Assembly: GCA_037379345.1 (NCBI GenBank)
Contig: CM074511.1
Span: 15,314,001 to 15,378,000 of the forward strand
Reading direction: 5' to 3'
From: Perna viridis
Taxonomy: Eukaryota
Length of the DNA: 64,000 nucleotides
How positions within the stretch are numbered: position 1 is the first letter of the stretch; every line of letters starts with the position of its first letter. Below the pieces are notes generated by a model. It was not told the origin of the DNA and searched no databases. It was given only the letters and a program-made list of their open reading frames with translations. Below, one piece after another: positions 49,101 through 62,359 of this stretch. The position numbers and the translations under genes were made by a program.

Positions 49101-52100
49101 TATTCAGCTACACATTAAATATGCCTTCCCTTGTTTTTATTTTTCTTTCAACCTTTAAATATAAATCAATTAAATTCAATTAACTTACTTTTCCCCCACT
49201 TGATTTGATTTCATCGAAACACTCCATAGCCAACATGTGATCTATGCCAGGGTCAACTCCAACCTCATTCATTATAGTGATCCCTGCATCCACAGCACTG
49301 AAATGTGCCATTAAATGTATTAATTTTAATAGAACAAAATGTGTCCAAGTACATTAACCCCTTTTCTAACTGTCATCACATACAAACCTGTTCTACTGGT
49401 CACCTCAAATCAACGGTAACCTTCACTTAACGGTCATTTCAAAACCCACCAACTGTTTTCTCTATTTATTTTAACTCAAATCAGCAGTCACCTCCCTGAC
49501 ACAGCCAACAGTCACCTATTTTTTTGGCCGAAATCCTCTTTCTGATTTCTTATACCGGCCATTTGTAAACACCCAGTTTATCACTTGACCCGATAACAGT
49601 ACCGCGTCACATGATTTAATTATATTTAGAATGTGTAAATATATATAATTGGGTTGCTGAAGGGATTAAATCAGTATTGCAATGAAAACAAAATTAAAGA
49701 TTCGATAGTAAAGGTGTGAAATTTACTCACTGGTCGTAAAAATGTCAGTCTTCAGTTTAATTATGAAAGTTTGAGTTGTGACGAACTGTCTCAGAAATGG
49801 AAAATGGAAAGAATTAAGGCAATTAAAAAAATAAATAGTGGAAAAGGTGCCCATGCCGTTGTAAAGGAAATTAATGTCGTAAAAACACAAATTACTAAAA
49901 TTGCCAAAAGAAAAGCAGAAATTATAGAGAACAATGAAAATAACTTAGACGATGAAAATAACATAAAATGGGAAATGTGGAAATACTTTGTTTTTTATTA
50001 TCATACATTTTTATCTGAATGATATTTTGAATGAAAATATTATAAAATACATGAATCTACCTCTGAAAATTCAAGATTAATACATGTAATATTATGACAA
50101 TCAGAGGTAGAATAATCTAAAGGAATATGGGATTATATGCTGACATCAAAGTCTTTCTACATCACAATTCGTATCATCATTCCAAAGGTCACCTCTCTAT
50201 AAAGGTCACTTTGAGTATTCCCCAGAGGTGACTGCTTAATACAGGTTTGACTGTATTTAAACTGAAAATAAAAGATTATAGGAGCATTTCAGACAGAAAC
50301 ACATAGTCCCCTAACAGTTGCAAAATAATAATAAATCGGCCTTAACTTTGTCAAAAGAAAACAAATCCAACCAGAATTTCAACGTCATTCAACATTAAGT
50401 TGCACATGTTGTCATGCTAGGCACCCCCAACTTGTACAGGAAGTTGATATCAGAGAGCAACCAAAATCACTTACAATGGATATCCCATTAATATGAAGCC
50501 AAACACCAAATCTGAAATCAAACCATCTGTAGGAGGCTGAGATATTTGCAACAAACATTTTCTCTATCATTCCATGTAGGGAAAAATGGCAGTCCCACAA
50601 AACAGAGAGTTGATATCCCAGAAGACCCAAAATGACTTACAATGTATGCCATATCTGTATGAAGCCACACACCAAATTTGAAATCAATCCATTCATTGGG
50701 AGATGAGATAATTGTGATGGAATTACAGACAGCAGATGGACGGAAGGAAGGACAGAATGTTGGATGGACAAGATGATTCCAATATACCACCAACTTATAG
50801 TGTACGGCTGTAGATAAAAAGTTAAGCATAACTGTCATGAGAAATGGGAATTCTAAAATGAAACTTACTCTTGATGTAGATGCTGCATTTCAGGGGAGAC
50901 GTAACTTGCAGTTACCATGTTCCTTTTGTGTCTGATACAGGCTTTAGCCACTTCCGGATGCAGTGCCCATGGCAACAAACTGCAAACATCAAGTAAATGA
51001 TCACAGGGAAATATGTATTAAGTTAAAAAGGTGTATGGAACCAGATTAGCTTTATCATTCTTTGATCTACATTTACTGACTTATATAAAGTTACAACCAA
51101 AACCATTTATTATCACAAACATTATTTTTGATATAGAATATAAGAAAAGACATTTTATTGATGAAAAATATCAAGCTAGAAAATGTCTAAATAATAAATG
51201 GAATATATTATCTATGCAATACCTAACAGCCACATCATTTTCCTGAATAAGGCTGTCAAATTCTTCTTTATTCCTCTTGACATCCAGTAACATCATCTCA
51301 TTGTTGGGGTATGCCTTTGACAATCTATCCAATTCATCTTTGAACTGGGATGCTGAAAGAAGTCATTACTAAGTTGGAGTTGTAACCTCAATTAAAGGCA
51401 ATTAAGAACTCACTGTACTGTGAAAGTACTATTGTTTGTGGAGTTCCAATTTTGTAGGCCATGCCAAAAAATTTAGTTCCCAACAAAAAGGAAATTTCTG
51501 TTGATGTGTCTACTGAAAACCTCAAAATCAGGAATTCAAGAATTTGAAACTTGTGTTGCTTCCCTAATCCACAAAAATTGGTATCCATGAATTCAAGTAC
51601 TTTTACAGTATATTCAAATATTTCTACACACATTCAAAATTGTCAAAACTTTTTCAGTAGCTTTAAATATTGAAAATCATAAATCACATACAGACCAAAT
51701 GCTACACAGAAATAAACTTTACCCATGACAAGAGTACCTAATTCATGAGCCAAATACAATTTGTGATCATCTGAAACATAATGACCCAAGGAAGATATCA
51801 ATAGTACCTTCCCCTTACAGATTTCATAATGGTTGTTCATTTAAACATCAAAATTCATAAATTAAGCAGTAAAATTGAGCCACAAACTGAACATTTTTAG
51901 CTTCCAAAAATTTCATTCAGTCTAAATACATACCAACAGTGACAACAAAGTCTTTGTTTCTGTTCAGGTACTCTATGACTGGAGCTGACACATACCCTGA
52001 ACCTAAAATTAGAATCTTCTTCTGCTCTGGGCTTGTTTTCTTTGATTTGTGGGAAGATCTAAAAATACAAATTAAGTTTATGAAACAATGTCCAATTCAG

Positions 52101-55100
52101 TCTTAAAACAGATAACCATGTCCTTCAAATCTGTCACAAACATGGTTGATTACCTATAACATAAATCAAAGTTAAGTGAAGGAAAATTCATTTCAGATTG
52201 TGCCCATGGCATTTTTTTTTTTTTTTTTTTTTTTTTGGGGGGGGGGAACAAAAATGCATCACTTGTGCCAAGCAGACACTAAGTTTTCCATAGGTCTGGA
52301 TTTTTATTGGGTTCCATTCCAGCACTGATTTTGGTTGAGAAGTGAGCATAACCTTAGACAGACTTTGACTTGTAAATATATAAGCATTACTGACACGAGG
52401 CCATGAAACAATAATATTTAAGAGTAAGAACTAATTTGACTGATCTGTGGAACTACCTATCTTACTGATAGTCATCTTCAATACATCCTATGTTGCAGAA
52501 TGAACTAAGACAGATTTCTCTTAGTAAATATTATACTCTATAACTTCAATCTCACGCCACAAAACTTCAATACCATATCATACCATAAAATTTCAATTTC
52601 AAGTTTCAGTAAACTAATTTACAGTCTAGTTCATAAGAATAACAGATCAGACAAATCTAAAATGCAAACGATGAAAATAAAAACATAATCTCTCTATATA
52701 TTGACTTACTGAAACTTTTTCCTAAGATCAGTGATGTATTCATGATTTGGTGTCAATTGGCCATTGCTTGCAATAACAGCCTATAAAGATAGAAACAATA
52801 TATGAGTTTGAGGTAAAGCCATAACTTGATTATGTCAGGTAACATAAACTTGTAGTTTTGTGAGTAAGCTGACAGAGAAAACCAAATGCCTTCACTGGGA
52901 CTTGTTAAACCTTATATTAATTATCTCCCCTTGCAGTGACCCAACATAAATTACTTATTTCATGCACACCTACATATGATACTTAATACTCCTACAAAAC
53001 TTCACCTAAATCATATGAGCAGTTTAGGAGGAGTTGCACTTAGATATACATGTATATGAGGACAACAGATTAACAGATGTAGATGAACGAATGTACAAAT
53101 AAAAGTCTGCCATATTTTGTTTGCAGGGAATACAAAAAATCCCTTTTCTGTATTTTTTTTTCTTTTTTGCTCTGATGATAAAGAATTAAGGTATTGTAAT
53201 TATCAGACTCATGCTAAATATAATATATTTATGATGAATGTAATGTTAACACTGCATTTGTTATGTTCATTAATTCATACTTACATTTTTCACTTCAGGG
53301 TTGACTTCAAAATCAGAAAAGGGCTGGGTGGCATCAGACTTCAACTAGAAAAAGAAAACAATATTCAATGGCTAATTTCACAAATATCTGTTCAATGCAA
53401 ACATTAATTGAATTATAGTACACTTAGTTGTTACAAGATTATATCTTCCATTAAGACAAATGACAGAACTGTCTGATTTTTATTTTTGTTTTCTAATAAA
53501 TGAACATATGAAATAATGATAAAATAGTAGACAATAATAGAAACACTGATTGAAACAAGGTCTCATACAACTCTGGTACTGATAACATATAAATAATTCT
53601 ACTGCTTTGCATTCCCCACAGAAGTCAATACAACAAAACACCTGTATATTGCAAAATTATCTAAATTATTTCCATATGGGAGCTTTGCCCACTAACAGAC
53701 CCCTTACAACAGCCTTATCTGATTTTGACCTCTAGATACAGCCCTGACCGCACATCAAAACTGAATGAGAAATCATTCATCTAATTAGCTTACCATATCT
53801 TTGATATAAGGGTATAGTAAACTGCCAAAGAAATCAGTAGCTTCCTTAGGAATCTGGGCGGGCATGTTATCTATAGAACAGATTAATACTCCATTCCCAG
53901 CAAAGCTGAAATTAATTGCCATAACCATTAATGAAAAAAAAAGTTTTCTTACCAAAGCTTGAATAAAACAGACATACTATAGAATACATCCATACAAATA
54001 AGCAGTATACATGTGTAAATATACAGGAGTTATTTTACTGTCCTCCAAATGTCATTATAACCTACGCAAAAATAATCTCTTTTGTAAGAAACCGGTATAT
54101 CATTTTCTATTAATACATGTATCATTAAAAAATTCTATAAATACAGCAACAAGCAAATATATTGATTGATAGAATGATTATGGTTTAACATCCTTTGGCA
54201 GATATTTCATGCATTTCAGGACAAGAATGATTAACTAATCAAACAGACCCTGCTTTGTTCTAGACTGGCACACAGAGCCAAATCTTCATTATGCTAGCTC
54301 ACAGAAGCAACAGCCCACAGGTAGGCATGCCACCTCACTCAGACACATTATCCTGACTCAGAGCAAACCAGTTATCACTCTATCCCTAAAATACAAAGTG
54401 CGTTGTGGAAAGCACAAAGTAGTGACTATCAATCTTAAAGTCTTTGGTATGACTTGGCCAGAAGACTAACCCACAACCTTCAGCATTGGGAAGCAGGCTA
54501 CCCTGAGACCACTGAGATGGTTCAAATATATCATAAGCTAGACTACATAAAGCATTTACATACAGTATATGTTTAACTTAAAAAGCAGTAAAAAGATATA
54601 TCAATTAATTCAATAATTCAAAGTTCCAATTCAAATACAGATGACAAAATAATTATTACCTGTCAGTCTCTTTGTTCTGATCAGCATCATACAAACAAAA
54701 TGGTTTATCTATAGTCGTACATTCATTCATGAATTCAATAGAACCTCCAGGGTCAGCTGAAATATCACAGAGAGCAATTAGACGATGTGGGAGTTGGGGA
54801 CATCCTGCACTGGATGGAATCCATGGGAAAGACTGAGCACGGAGAAGATTTTTGGCATCAGGGAGTGTAATAAGTCTAGGTGCTGTTGGTGCCCAGTAGA
54901 TTCCATTGATAATGACAGATGCATATGGTGCAATCTGAAATGGAAGAATAGAAATCTCAGTATATGACAACTTTAAGAATACTAACAGTTTATTTATAAT
55001 TACATGCATTGAAAGCATTTCTAATTGATTTTTATCATTTACCTATGCAGTTATAATTATCCAAATACTTCAGAACTACATAAAAATTAAAGTTTTTTAG

Positions 55101-58100
55101 ACATTCCCCATCCAAGCTGCTTTGAAAGCAGGAAGTACACAATGATTATGGTGTTATCTGTTTGTTTTTTTAATCATTTAAATTCTCACTATTAAATTAC
55201 AACATCTATATCTATCAAAAATGAACAGATTTTGTAATACCTAAACTCTTCAAATATTCACAGTTTAATAAAGTTTTGAAAAAGGGTAACCCATGTTACC
55301 TTGGAAGCGAATGTTGAGTTATATCTGGATGGATGCTGTTCAAATTCTTCAGCATCAAACTTTCCTCCATCTTTTCTGACATAATGGTTCTCTCTGCTCA
55401 CAACACAGATGTATAACTTGTTGGTAGCTGAGAATAGAAAAAAAAGACGCAATCAATAACTTGAAATAAAAGTGAGCTGAAATTAATAATTTAATAAATT
55501 TATGACTGAGGTCTAGAAATTCTGCCTTCTTTTAGCTTGCCAATTTTACTCAATAGATAGCTATAAATAGTTTTACAATGTTAACATCATAGGGTATATT
55601 TCTGAAAGAAGTTACTTTGTTTAGGCTTTATCTTGTTGATGGTACTTTCATTCATTAATCCTTCACAGATTACTTTGTTTTTTTTTTTTCATTTTTAATG
55701 TGTGTAGCATTGGTCTTTTCCAGATGTTAATTTCAACTTGTGGCTTTAAATAAAAAATAAGTTGTGTACTGTGAAGAAATCAACTTACATAGTTCCCTCA
55801 ACATACATCAGGGCTTTCATACATAGTATCTGTGGACAAAATTACATAAAAAACAAACATTTCAAACCTAAAACCTTGTCAACACATTTAGGACATTCAT
55901 GGGTTGTTACTTTGATAATATGACAGTCTATAGCCCTTTCCCAAAACTCTTTCTGTCACAATCAAACATGTTCCCAGTATACAATCTCTACAATGATATC
56001 CACCTTGGTCAAGTAGAACAGGCAGGGGAAATAATTCCTTACCACTTATAGAAGTATCATACACTTTCCCTCCAAATTATCTTAGCAAAGCTGAACAATT
56101 TTCAGTTTGTATAGAACAATTCTGATACTTAAATACAGGTATGTCTTGAAAGTCTTAACTTGTTTGGGAAATTTTTATTAAAAATCCGAGCTTGTATTTC
56201 TTAATCTAGTTTTGGGAATGGGCTATAAGCTAAAGATGTGAAAATTACTGATAATATTCAATGATGTTTACTGTTAAACCTGGTAATGAACTTAATGTTA
56301 AATATTACAATGTGAATTTCCAAAATATCAGTCAGTCATGTAACACCTACCCCCATGTTTAGCAACTTTTGGTAGATGTTCTGGGTCGATGTACTCATGA
56401 GGAAATTCTTGAAACACCTGCTGGGCCCCCTACAAAAAAAGGACATCTTGAAAAGTTAATTCTGCTTGACTAAATGCAACTTTAGAGACAAGACAAAAAA
56501 CAAAAGATGACAGAATGCAAAAAAAAACAAGAAAAATAAAGAAAAACAAAAACAAACGAACATAGAAACCTGCATTCCAATTTGGGCTTGAAATGCAAAA
56601 AAAATGGTTTAGTTAAATATTTTCTTCTTTGCAAATGTTTCAACTCACATGAAGCTACACAAATAGTCGTTTACCTTGCAATAAAATCAGGCACAACAAA
56701 ATGAACATTCTACTCTTTGAATCTTTTCTGTTTTGTATATAAAATATTTGGTTATTCATTACACCTACACATATTAGGTTACTGGAGTGTGGATACATGG
56801 GTAAAGTAAATAGTCACCTGAGAAACATTTCCAGATCCAGTAAAAACAAATACTAATGGTCCGAGAGATTTGGGCATTCTTTCCAATGCTATCTCATACC
56901 CAGCATCTCTTACAGCCTGTCTGGCTTGTTCTGTGTTTCTGTAATTATGGCTAGGTCCAATGTACTAAAATGAAGAATTTAAAATAATTACTACTAATAC
57001 AAAAATTGAAAACAAACCTTCCTTTTCAGGAACTCCATATCACATAATTTTTTAAGCAGTTAGCTTAGAAATGCTAAGAATTACGAAAGACAATGGATTA
57101 AAATTTTCAGTCCCTTGTCTATTCCAAATAAATATACACGATCTATTGAAACAAACTTGGTTATAAATTATATATAAATGCATGTTGTATAAAGATCTGT
57201 ATTTTCAAAAATGTTAAAATTGCTTTTGAGAACATTAACAACAAAATATTACCATGAATGGAGTGTGGTGACCCAAAGCTAGAAGCCTAAGCCCCAGACC
57301 ATGTAAAATATTTAACATTCCAGCAACTCCAGCATAAACTCCAAAGGCCACTGTTCTATTCCCCTTCTCATCTACCATTCTTTCATAATCTATCAGTCTT
57401 ATATTCTGTAATGAAGGCAAAAAATTATCAATTTTAACTTTTGTAGTATGTTAAATGTTTCTACTCTAACACATCTTTGGAAGAGAAAATAATGTTGGAG
57501 AAGGCAGGTTGAGAAACAAGGAAAGAAATAACCTTACAATCAACAAAAATTTAAAGATTTTTTGCAGAAACAAGATGACTATGATACCAGAAATATAGGA
57601 GTTAAACATTTCTAATATCAAATAGAAGGTTGCCTAAAAATAGATATATATACAGGTACATGATTATCCAGAAAGAAAACTAATGAGAGATTACATACTA
57701 TGTCATTCAAACTATGGATATGCTGTTCTTTCCAAATAAAATTCCATAAAAACAAATGAGAACTAGCAAAATTGAGAATAGGAGTGTTCAGTTCGTTCTG
57801 TTATTTAAAGATTATTCTACCCAAATGAAGTGGAGACAAATGAGACAATACTGTAATTACTATGTACAATAGCTATTTTTACAAAGTATATTTCCCTTTA
57901 CATATAAAATAGGACACTAATGGAACACTGATACACTGCCATGTAATTGTGAAAAAACGGAGATGGCAACATGTTCAAAATGGTCGAACTTGAAAACTAC
58001 ATTTAGGATTTTTCTGAAAATCGCACTTAACCTGTATTTTATGAATATAATAACTGTGCAGTTTTTAAAAAAATCATTTATGCGTTCTTAAGTTATCATC

Positions 58101-60296
58101 TGTAAACCCTTGGGGTGCACAGACAGACAGGAGAATAAATGGACAGGCACATAACTTTTCAGAGTGTATCACATAATATCTCACCACTTCCAGTGTCTGG
58201 GTATAAAAAGTTAAGGTCTAAGTGAGTTGATAATATGAAACTATATACAACTCATCATAACAAAGATATGTACACATGCCAAATACAAAATAATTCTCCA
58301 TTGTAGAAGTTGAGAAAAATTGGGACCAAAACTGATTTTGGTAGAACAAATGAATAAACAGATGGACAAAGTGTGTGCAATATAATAACCCTTCTCTTAC
58401 CAGTGAGGTATACTTATTTCATTTGGTATAAAGTTCTATAGTGAGGTATACTTATTTCATTTGGTATAAAGTTCTATCGTAATCAAAAGATTGATTTAAA
58501 GAATAAGGCAACATCCAAAGGTATATTTACCTTTTCTAAGATGGCATCTAACAAAGGCATGTTAGCCTCCTGTGCTTTGATTGTATGAGAGAAAAAGGCA
58601 TAGGTTTTATCTGGGATAAGCAAGTCAATGGGTACAGATTTCACTCCAATAACTAAAGATGCTTCACTGATGTCTTCTTGTATCACAGCTCCAACTTTGG
58701 CATACTCCTAAAATGAAATTAATTTTAATTTATTACATTTTTACATTGAAATCATCATACCATTGCTAATTGATATAATGGGTTTTTTTATCAGAGGGTA
58801 TGCATTTAGAAAACATAATATGCCACAGCTATTTCAAGTAATTTCACAAAAAATGGTACTGGGCCTATGACAGCAATTACAAGCACCAGATGATGTACAA
58901 ATAATACCATAGAGTTTTATCTTGAAGCATTATTCGACAATATAAATTAAATTAATCATACATTAAAAAAATTCAGTTTGCTTAGAATATGTTATTTCTC
59001 TTAACCATACATGTTCCATAAAAATTTAATATTTATATAAAAAAAGGACAAAATAATGGTTCAAACATTATTATATTAAGTATTGTATGTATACAGCTAA
59101 AACATTTTCCAAAAACAAATGTACAGTCAAATATTAAGTTGACACAGCTACAATGTAGTTATGACTCAAGTTATCTTATGATTTGTTAGGAGATGGTGTG
59201 AAGACTTAATATCAGCTTGACACATTTTTTAATTTGGATTTGGATTAAATAATTGCCACATTACAGATGTTTCACTTAACAGACATAAAATTTGTAAGAT
59301 AAAAAAAATATTCACACATTTATGTAAGTATCTTCACAATAGAGAACCATTTTGAATCAAAACAGTTTGAATTACATAGTAAGTTAGATACATGAAAAGG
59401 TACCGCAAGGTACTTTCTATGTATAAATTTAACACAGATCAAATCTATCATAACTCAGTTATTGTCAAAAAGCTGAAGTACACTATGATGTTTTTTTTCC
59501 ATGTAAAGCCAAATATTACAGAAATTTATTTACATTGATACATAAGCCAGAACTATACCTTAGACTTAAGAAAAAACCCATTTAAAACTGAGCAATAAAT
59601 TAGTTTTATAGTAAACTCCATAAAAAGAATGTTACAGGCCCCTTTTGGTCCTAATAATCTAATGGTTATGCTGAAGCAAAAAATAAATCAGAACCTTTTT
59701 TCTGGTTAAATGTTCTACTTTCAGTGTAAAGGTTTTGATAGTTATCAAATTATCCCTGTTGGACTTATAAGGGACTATTTTAGAGGGATGGGCCACCCTG
59801 CTGTCTTTCACTCCCTTCTGATTTATATATATACACACACTTGACAATACATGGAAGGACTTACATAAGCAGAAGACTCCAGGAATATAAATCTGCATAC
59901 AAAAATGTTCCCTCCTGCAAATGCTTTAGTAATATTTTCCCCTGCCCCTTTGGGAAACAGTTCTCAGTATGAATATTTCACTCAAATTTGAACCACTATT
60001 TAATACAAACAGCTTCATTAAACACAAAATCAAGTTTAAAATGTCACACTGGAAAAAATTTATTTTATACCTACATTCATATTGTAAGCCCTTCTGTTTG
60101 AGGGCTGCACTATAACCTTTATCCCATCTTTAACAAGTTTCCTCACATGGCGAGGGGAAAGGGGTGCTCTTCTTTCCCACACATTTATAGTCTCTCTTCT
60201 AATGGCCAATACACCTGAAGCCTCAGATGACATGGGTCTCCAGCCATTTTGTTTCAGTAACTGTTTGCACAATAACTGAGTATTCCTTTTCCACAT
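43025..60296 (-). CDS. AASS: Alpha-aminoadipic semialdehyde synthase (bifunctional lysine-ketoglutarate reductase / saccharopine dehydrogenase), mitochondrial; 22 coding exons, 2799 nt, 932 aa
   Basis: 22 GT-AG exons join in frame. LKR motifs: [65 protein letters not shown] motifs: [61 protein letters not shown]. The basic N-terminus is compatible with a mitochondrial presequence. Confidence 0.96.
43857..44033 (-). CDS. AASS: AASS coding exon 21
   Basis: (E)[14 protein letters not shown]...[28 protein letters not shown]. Confidence 0.95.
44542..44630 (-). CDS. AASS: AASS coding exon 20
   Basis: (D)[29 protein letters not shown]. Confidence 0.93.
45068..45183 (-). CDS. AASS: AASS coding exon 19
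   Basis: [38 protein letters not shown]. Confidence 0.9.
45604..45699 (-). CDS. AASS: AASS coding exon 18
   Basis: [32 protein letters not shown]. Confidence 0.93.
46584..46748 (-). CDS. AASS: AASS coding exon 17
   Basis: [35 protein letters not shown]...[11 protein letters not shown]. Confidence 0.95.
47101..47388 (-). mobile_element. 3' UTR-only copy of the Penelope-like element in an AASS intron
   Basis: Reverse complement matches 39381-39663, starting at the ORF stop-codon region. Confidence 0.88.
47830..47893 (-). CDS. AASS: AASS coding exon 16
   Basis: (S)[21 protein letters not shown]. Confidence 0.92.
48807..48883 (-). CDS. AASS: AASS coding exon 15
   Basis: [25 protein letters not shown]. 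Confidence 0.95.
49189..49297 (-). CDS. AASS: AASS coding exon 14
   Basis: [36 protein letters not shown]. Confidence 0.95.
49381..50255 (+). mobile_element. pogo/Tigger (Tc1/mariner) deletion derivative with transposase N-terminal HTH remnant
   Basis: TIRs TACAAACCTGTTCTACTGGTCACCTC ... GAGGTGACTGCTTAATACAGGTTTGACTGTA; ORF 49771-50022 [39 protein letters not shown] resembles the CENP-B/pogo psq-type HTH. Confidence 0.8.
50272..50815 (-). mobile_element. HINE-like element with two ~167-bp internal units and GGAC/GGAA microsatellite
   Basis: CCAAAAT(C/G)ACTTACAATG...TGAAGCCA.ACACCAAAT.TGAAATCAA units at ~50460 and ~50627; GACGGAAGGAAGGAC near the end. Confidence 0.55.
50869..50979 (-). CDS. 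AASS: AASS coding exon 13
   Basis: (S)[36 protein letters not shown]. Confidence 0.94.
51223..51352 (-). CDS. AASS: AASS coding exon 12
   Basis: (A)[42 protein letters not shown]. Confidence 0.9.
51416..51610. mobile_element. 195-bp MITE, TA-flanked
   Basis: TACTGTGAAAGTACT..GGAGTTCCAATTTTGTAGG versus CCACAAAAATTGGTATCCATGAATTCAAGTACTTTTACAGTA. Confidence 0.75.
51934..52058 (-). CDS. AASS: AASS coding exon 11 (SDH Rossmann start)
   Basis: [29 protein letters not shown]. Confidence 0.94.
52710..52780 (-). CDS. AASS: AASS coding exon 10
   Basis: [23 protein letters not shown]. Confidence 0.92.
53285..53344 (-). CDS. AASS: AASS coding exon 9
   Basis: [20 protein letters not shown]. Confidence 0.9.
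53794..53905 (-). CDS. AASS: AASS coding exon 8
   Basis: [37 protein letters not shown]. Confidence 0.95.
54163..54522 (-). mobile_element. tRNA-derived mollusc SINE (V-SINE/RUDI-like) with 9-bp TSD
   Basis: TSD CAAATATAT at 54154-54162 and 54523-54531; degenerate tRNA-like head at the right end, central CAACAGCCCACAGGTAGGCATGCCACCTCACTCAGACACATTATCCTGA, (CAAT)n tail. Confidence 0.75.
54660..54934 (-). CDS. AASS: AASS coding exon 7
   Basis: [21 protein letters not shown]...[30 protein letters not shown]. Confidence 0.96.
55300..55427 (-). CDS. AASS: AASS coding exon 6
   Basis: (A)[42 protein letters not shown]. Confidence 0.93.
56351..56429 (-). CDS. AASS: AASS coding exon 5
   Basis: [26 protein letters not shown]. 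Confidence 0.93.
56818..56964 (-). CDS. AASS: AASS coding exon 4
   Basis: [49 protein letters not shown]. Confidence 0.95.
57253..57405 (-). CDS. AASS: AASS coding exon 3
   Basis: [22 protein letters not shown]...[13 protein letters not shown]. Confidence 0.95.
58402..58477. repeat. 38-bp direct duplication
   Basis: AGTGAGGTATACTTATTTCATTTGGTATAAAGTTCTAT x2. Confidence 0.9.
58531..58707 (-). CDS. AASS: AASS coding exon 2
   Basis: [23 protein letters not shown]...[22 protein letters not shown]. Confidence 0.95.
60075..60296 (-). CDS. AASS: AASS coding exon 1
   Basis: MWKRNTQLL...[16 protein letters not shown]...[11 protein letters not shown]|gtaggt; acceptor ttacag upstream at 60326. Confidence 0.93.
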
Positions 60297-61341
60297 TCTA
60301 TTTCTAAGCTTGTATTGTTTGTGTCCTGTAACACAATATTAACAAAATCTATTTAATTCATAAAATACTGAAAAAAAACCTTGGGGAAAAAACTCTACTT
60401 GAAAGGTAGACCTTTACATATGGCTTCAAGTCTAGAGGTTTAATCACTGAGCATCCCTTCAGAACCAACAATATACACAATTTATTTGTATTACTCTGTA
60501 AATGTATATAGCTACAGTGTAGGAAATGTTGTATGTTTTATGTGCACTGGGAGACTAGTAGAGCAACTGATTAGCGGCAGTGTAGGAGGCTGAGAGCAAT
60601 TATGAATTCTTCTACTGTACTTGCACACACTTGTACCTCTTCTAAATGACTCAAATAAAATTCAATGATCTCGTCAAAATTCAGATTGTCTGTCAGACAC
60701 CAGTTTTGAACAAAATTTATATTTGTTTCTACAACTGCATTAAATAAAATATTGTTTTTGCTGAACCATTATTGTCATTAACAGATATGGTACACCTAAA
60801 TTATATTTTCTAGTCATTCTGTAAGTTATCAATTTTTAAATCATATGAATGACTTACTGTATGTACCTACCTATTTATAGCAAATCAGAATTTGACCAGA
60901 AGAATGTGTCCTCAAAAATTTCAAGATACCACAATTCAATTACATGTCATGGTGGTCACTCATGACTTTGTATATATGTACATCCTCACAAAGATTAATT
61001 TTGTTTTTACAACAATCAAAGGATTAGAACAAGATCCCCAGGCAATCTATATGTAAATATAGGAAAAACAACACAAACACAGTATTATCAAAGGTGTGAA
61101 TTAAAGAAATAAAAAAAATTGCTAATACTGGGATTTAAACTACACTGTATGTTCTAGCACAGGTATTTTTTAAGACTGGAAATTAATCTTTCATTTGTCT
61201 TATAAATACATGTACATGTAAATTGATATAGCTTCTACTTCAGTTCCAAAATCTAAGTTCAGTTTCATAAATTCTTTGAATTCTTGTTTTGCAGGAAGTC
61301 AGATCTTAAATTATACTGTTGAACTACATTTTTTTTGTAAG

Positions 61342-61958
61342 GTCTGAGTTTTAAAACTCTTCGAAAAAAAAATTTTATAAGGTCATTTTTCGAAATAATT
61401 CAATTTTTCAACTCCATCTGGTTTTGTATATTGCATACAAATTCTGGGAAATATTTTCAGGATTTTATCTTAATAGACCTTAGAAATTCTCATTAGGCTT
61501 AATGCAGTTTTAATTTGAAATATTCAAATAAAATTTTGTCTATTTGAATGTTGAAACAGCTATTTGAATATTTGATGTAAATATAAATAAAAAGCCATGT
61601 GGCCAGACTATATAATAAAGAAATGTCCAATAAGTAATTTGAATACCTACAAATGTCAATAAGGATTAGAAAGGATGTTTTGATGGTCAACTGACACTTT
61701 TAAATATTCACCTGAATATTCCAATAGCTCATGCAATACTATAGCATACAAAAAGTAATAGAAATACAACTGTATAAGAAATGAAAATTACATAAAACCT
61801 AATGGGAAAGTTTTTTGTTTGTTGCGATAAAATTCTGAAAATATTTTCCAGAGTTCATATGAATGATAGAACTATAAATTTTTGTGCAGTAGAAAAGTTA
61901 AAATATTTCAAAAATGAATTTTTAAGATTTTTTATTCAAAGATTCATAAAACTCAGAC
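61342..61958. mobile_element. Old foldback/MITE with ~180-bp degenerate inverted arms
   Basis: GTCTGAGTTTTA...TCTGGGAAATATTTTCAGGATTTTATC...CATTAGG is mirrored by CCTAATG...GATAAAATTCTGAAAATATTTTCCAGA...TAAAACTCAGAC. Confidence 0.7.
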
Positions 61959-62019
61959 AGACTACATTGTATATTAATTAATCAAACCTAGGTGTATTTC
62001 ATAATTACTCTTTCTTAAC

Positions 62020-62359
62020 TGATTAACTGAATTTCTATATTAATTGGCAGATATCTCATGCCTTTCAGCACAAGAAGGTTTCTACAACTGAATAGACTCT
62101 GCTTTAAACATCTAGATTGAAAAAAACTGAGCTAGATTTGTTGCTGTAACCTCCTAGTAACAGAAGCAACAGTCCACTCAGACATATTACTTTGACTCTC
62201 ACCCAACCAGTCAACACTCTATAAAATGCATCTCTTATACATGTATGTAGCGAGCTTGGCAGAAATGTAGAGACTCTATGATATGACTCTGCATTGGATC
62301 AATTACACAACCACTTATACTGTCGACAAGTATGCTACCACAAGACCACTGAGGTGGTT
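62020..62359 (-). mobile_element. Degenerate second copy of the SINE at 54163
   Basis: Shares TTGGCAGATAT.TCATGC, ACAGAAGCAACAG.CCAC, CACTCAGACA, AGACCACTGAG.TGGTT. Confidence 0.65.

Noticed and set aside
52212-52246. T25-G10 homopolymer junction
   Set aside because: Simple low-complexity tract of uncertain length; a single G run is not enough for an intramolecular G-quadruplex.
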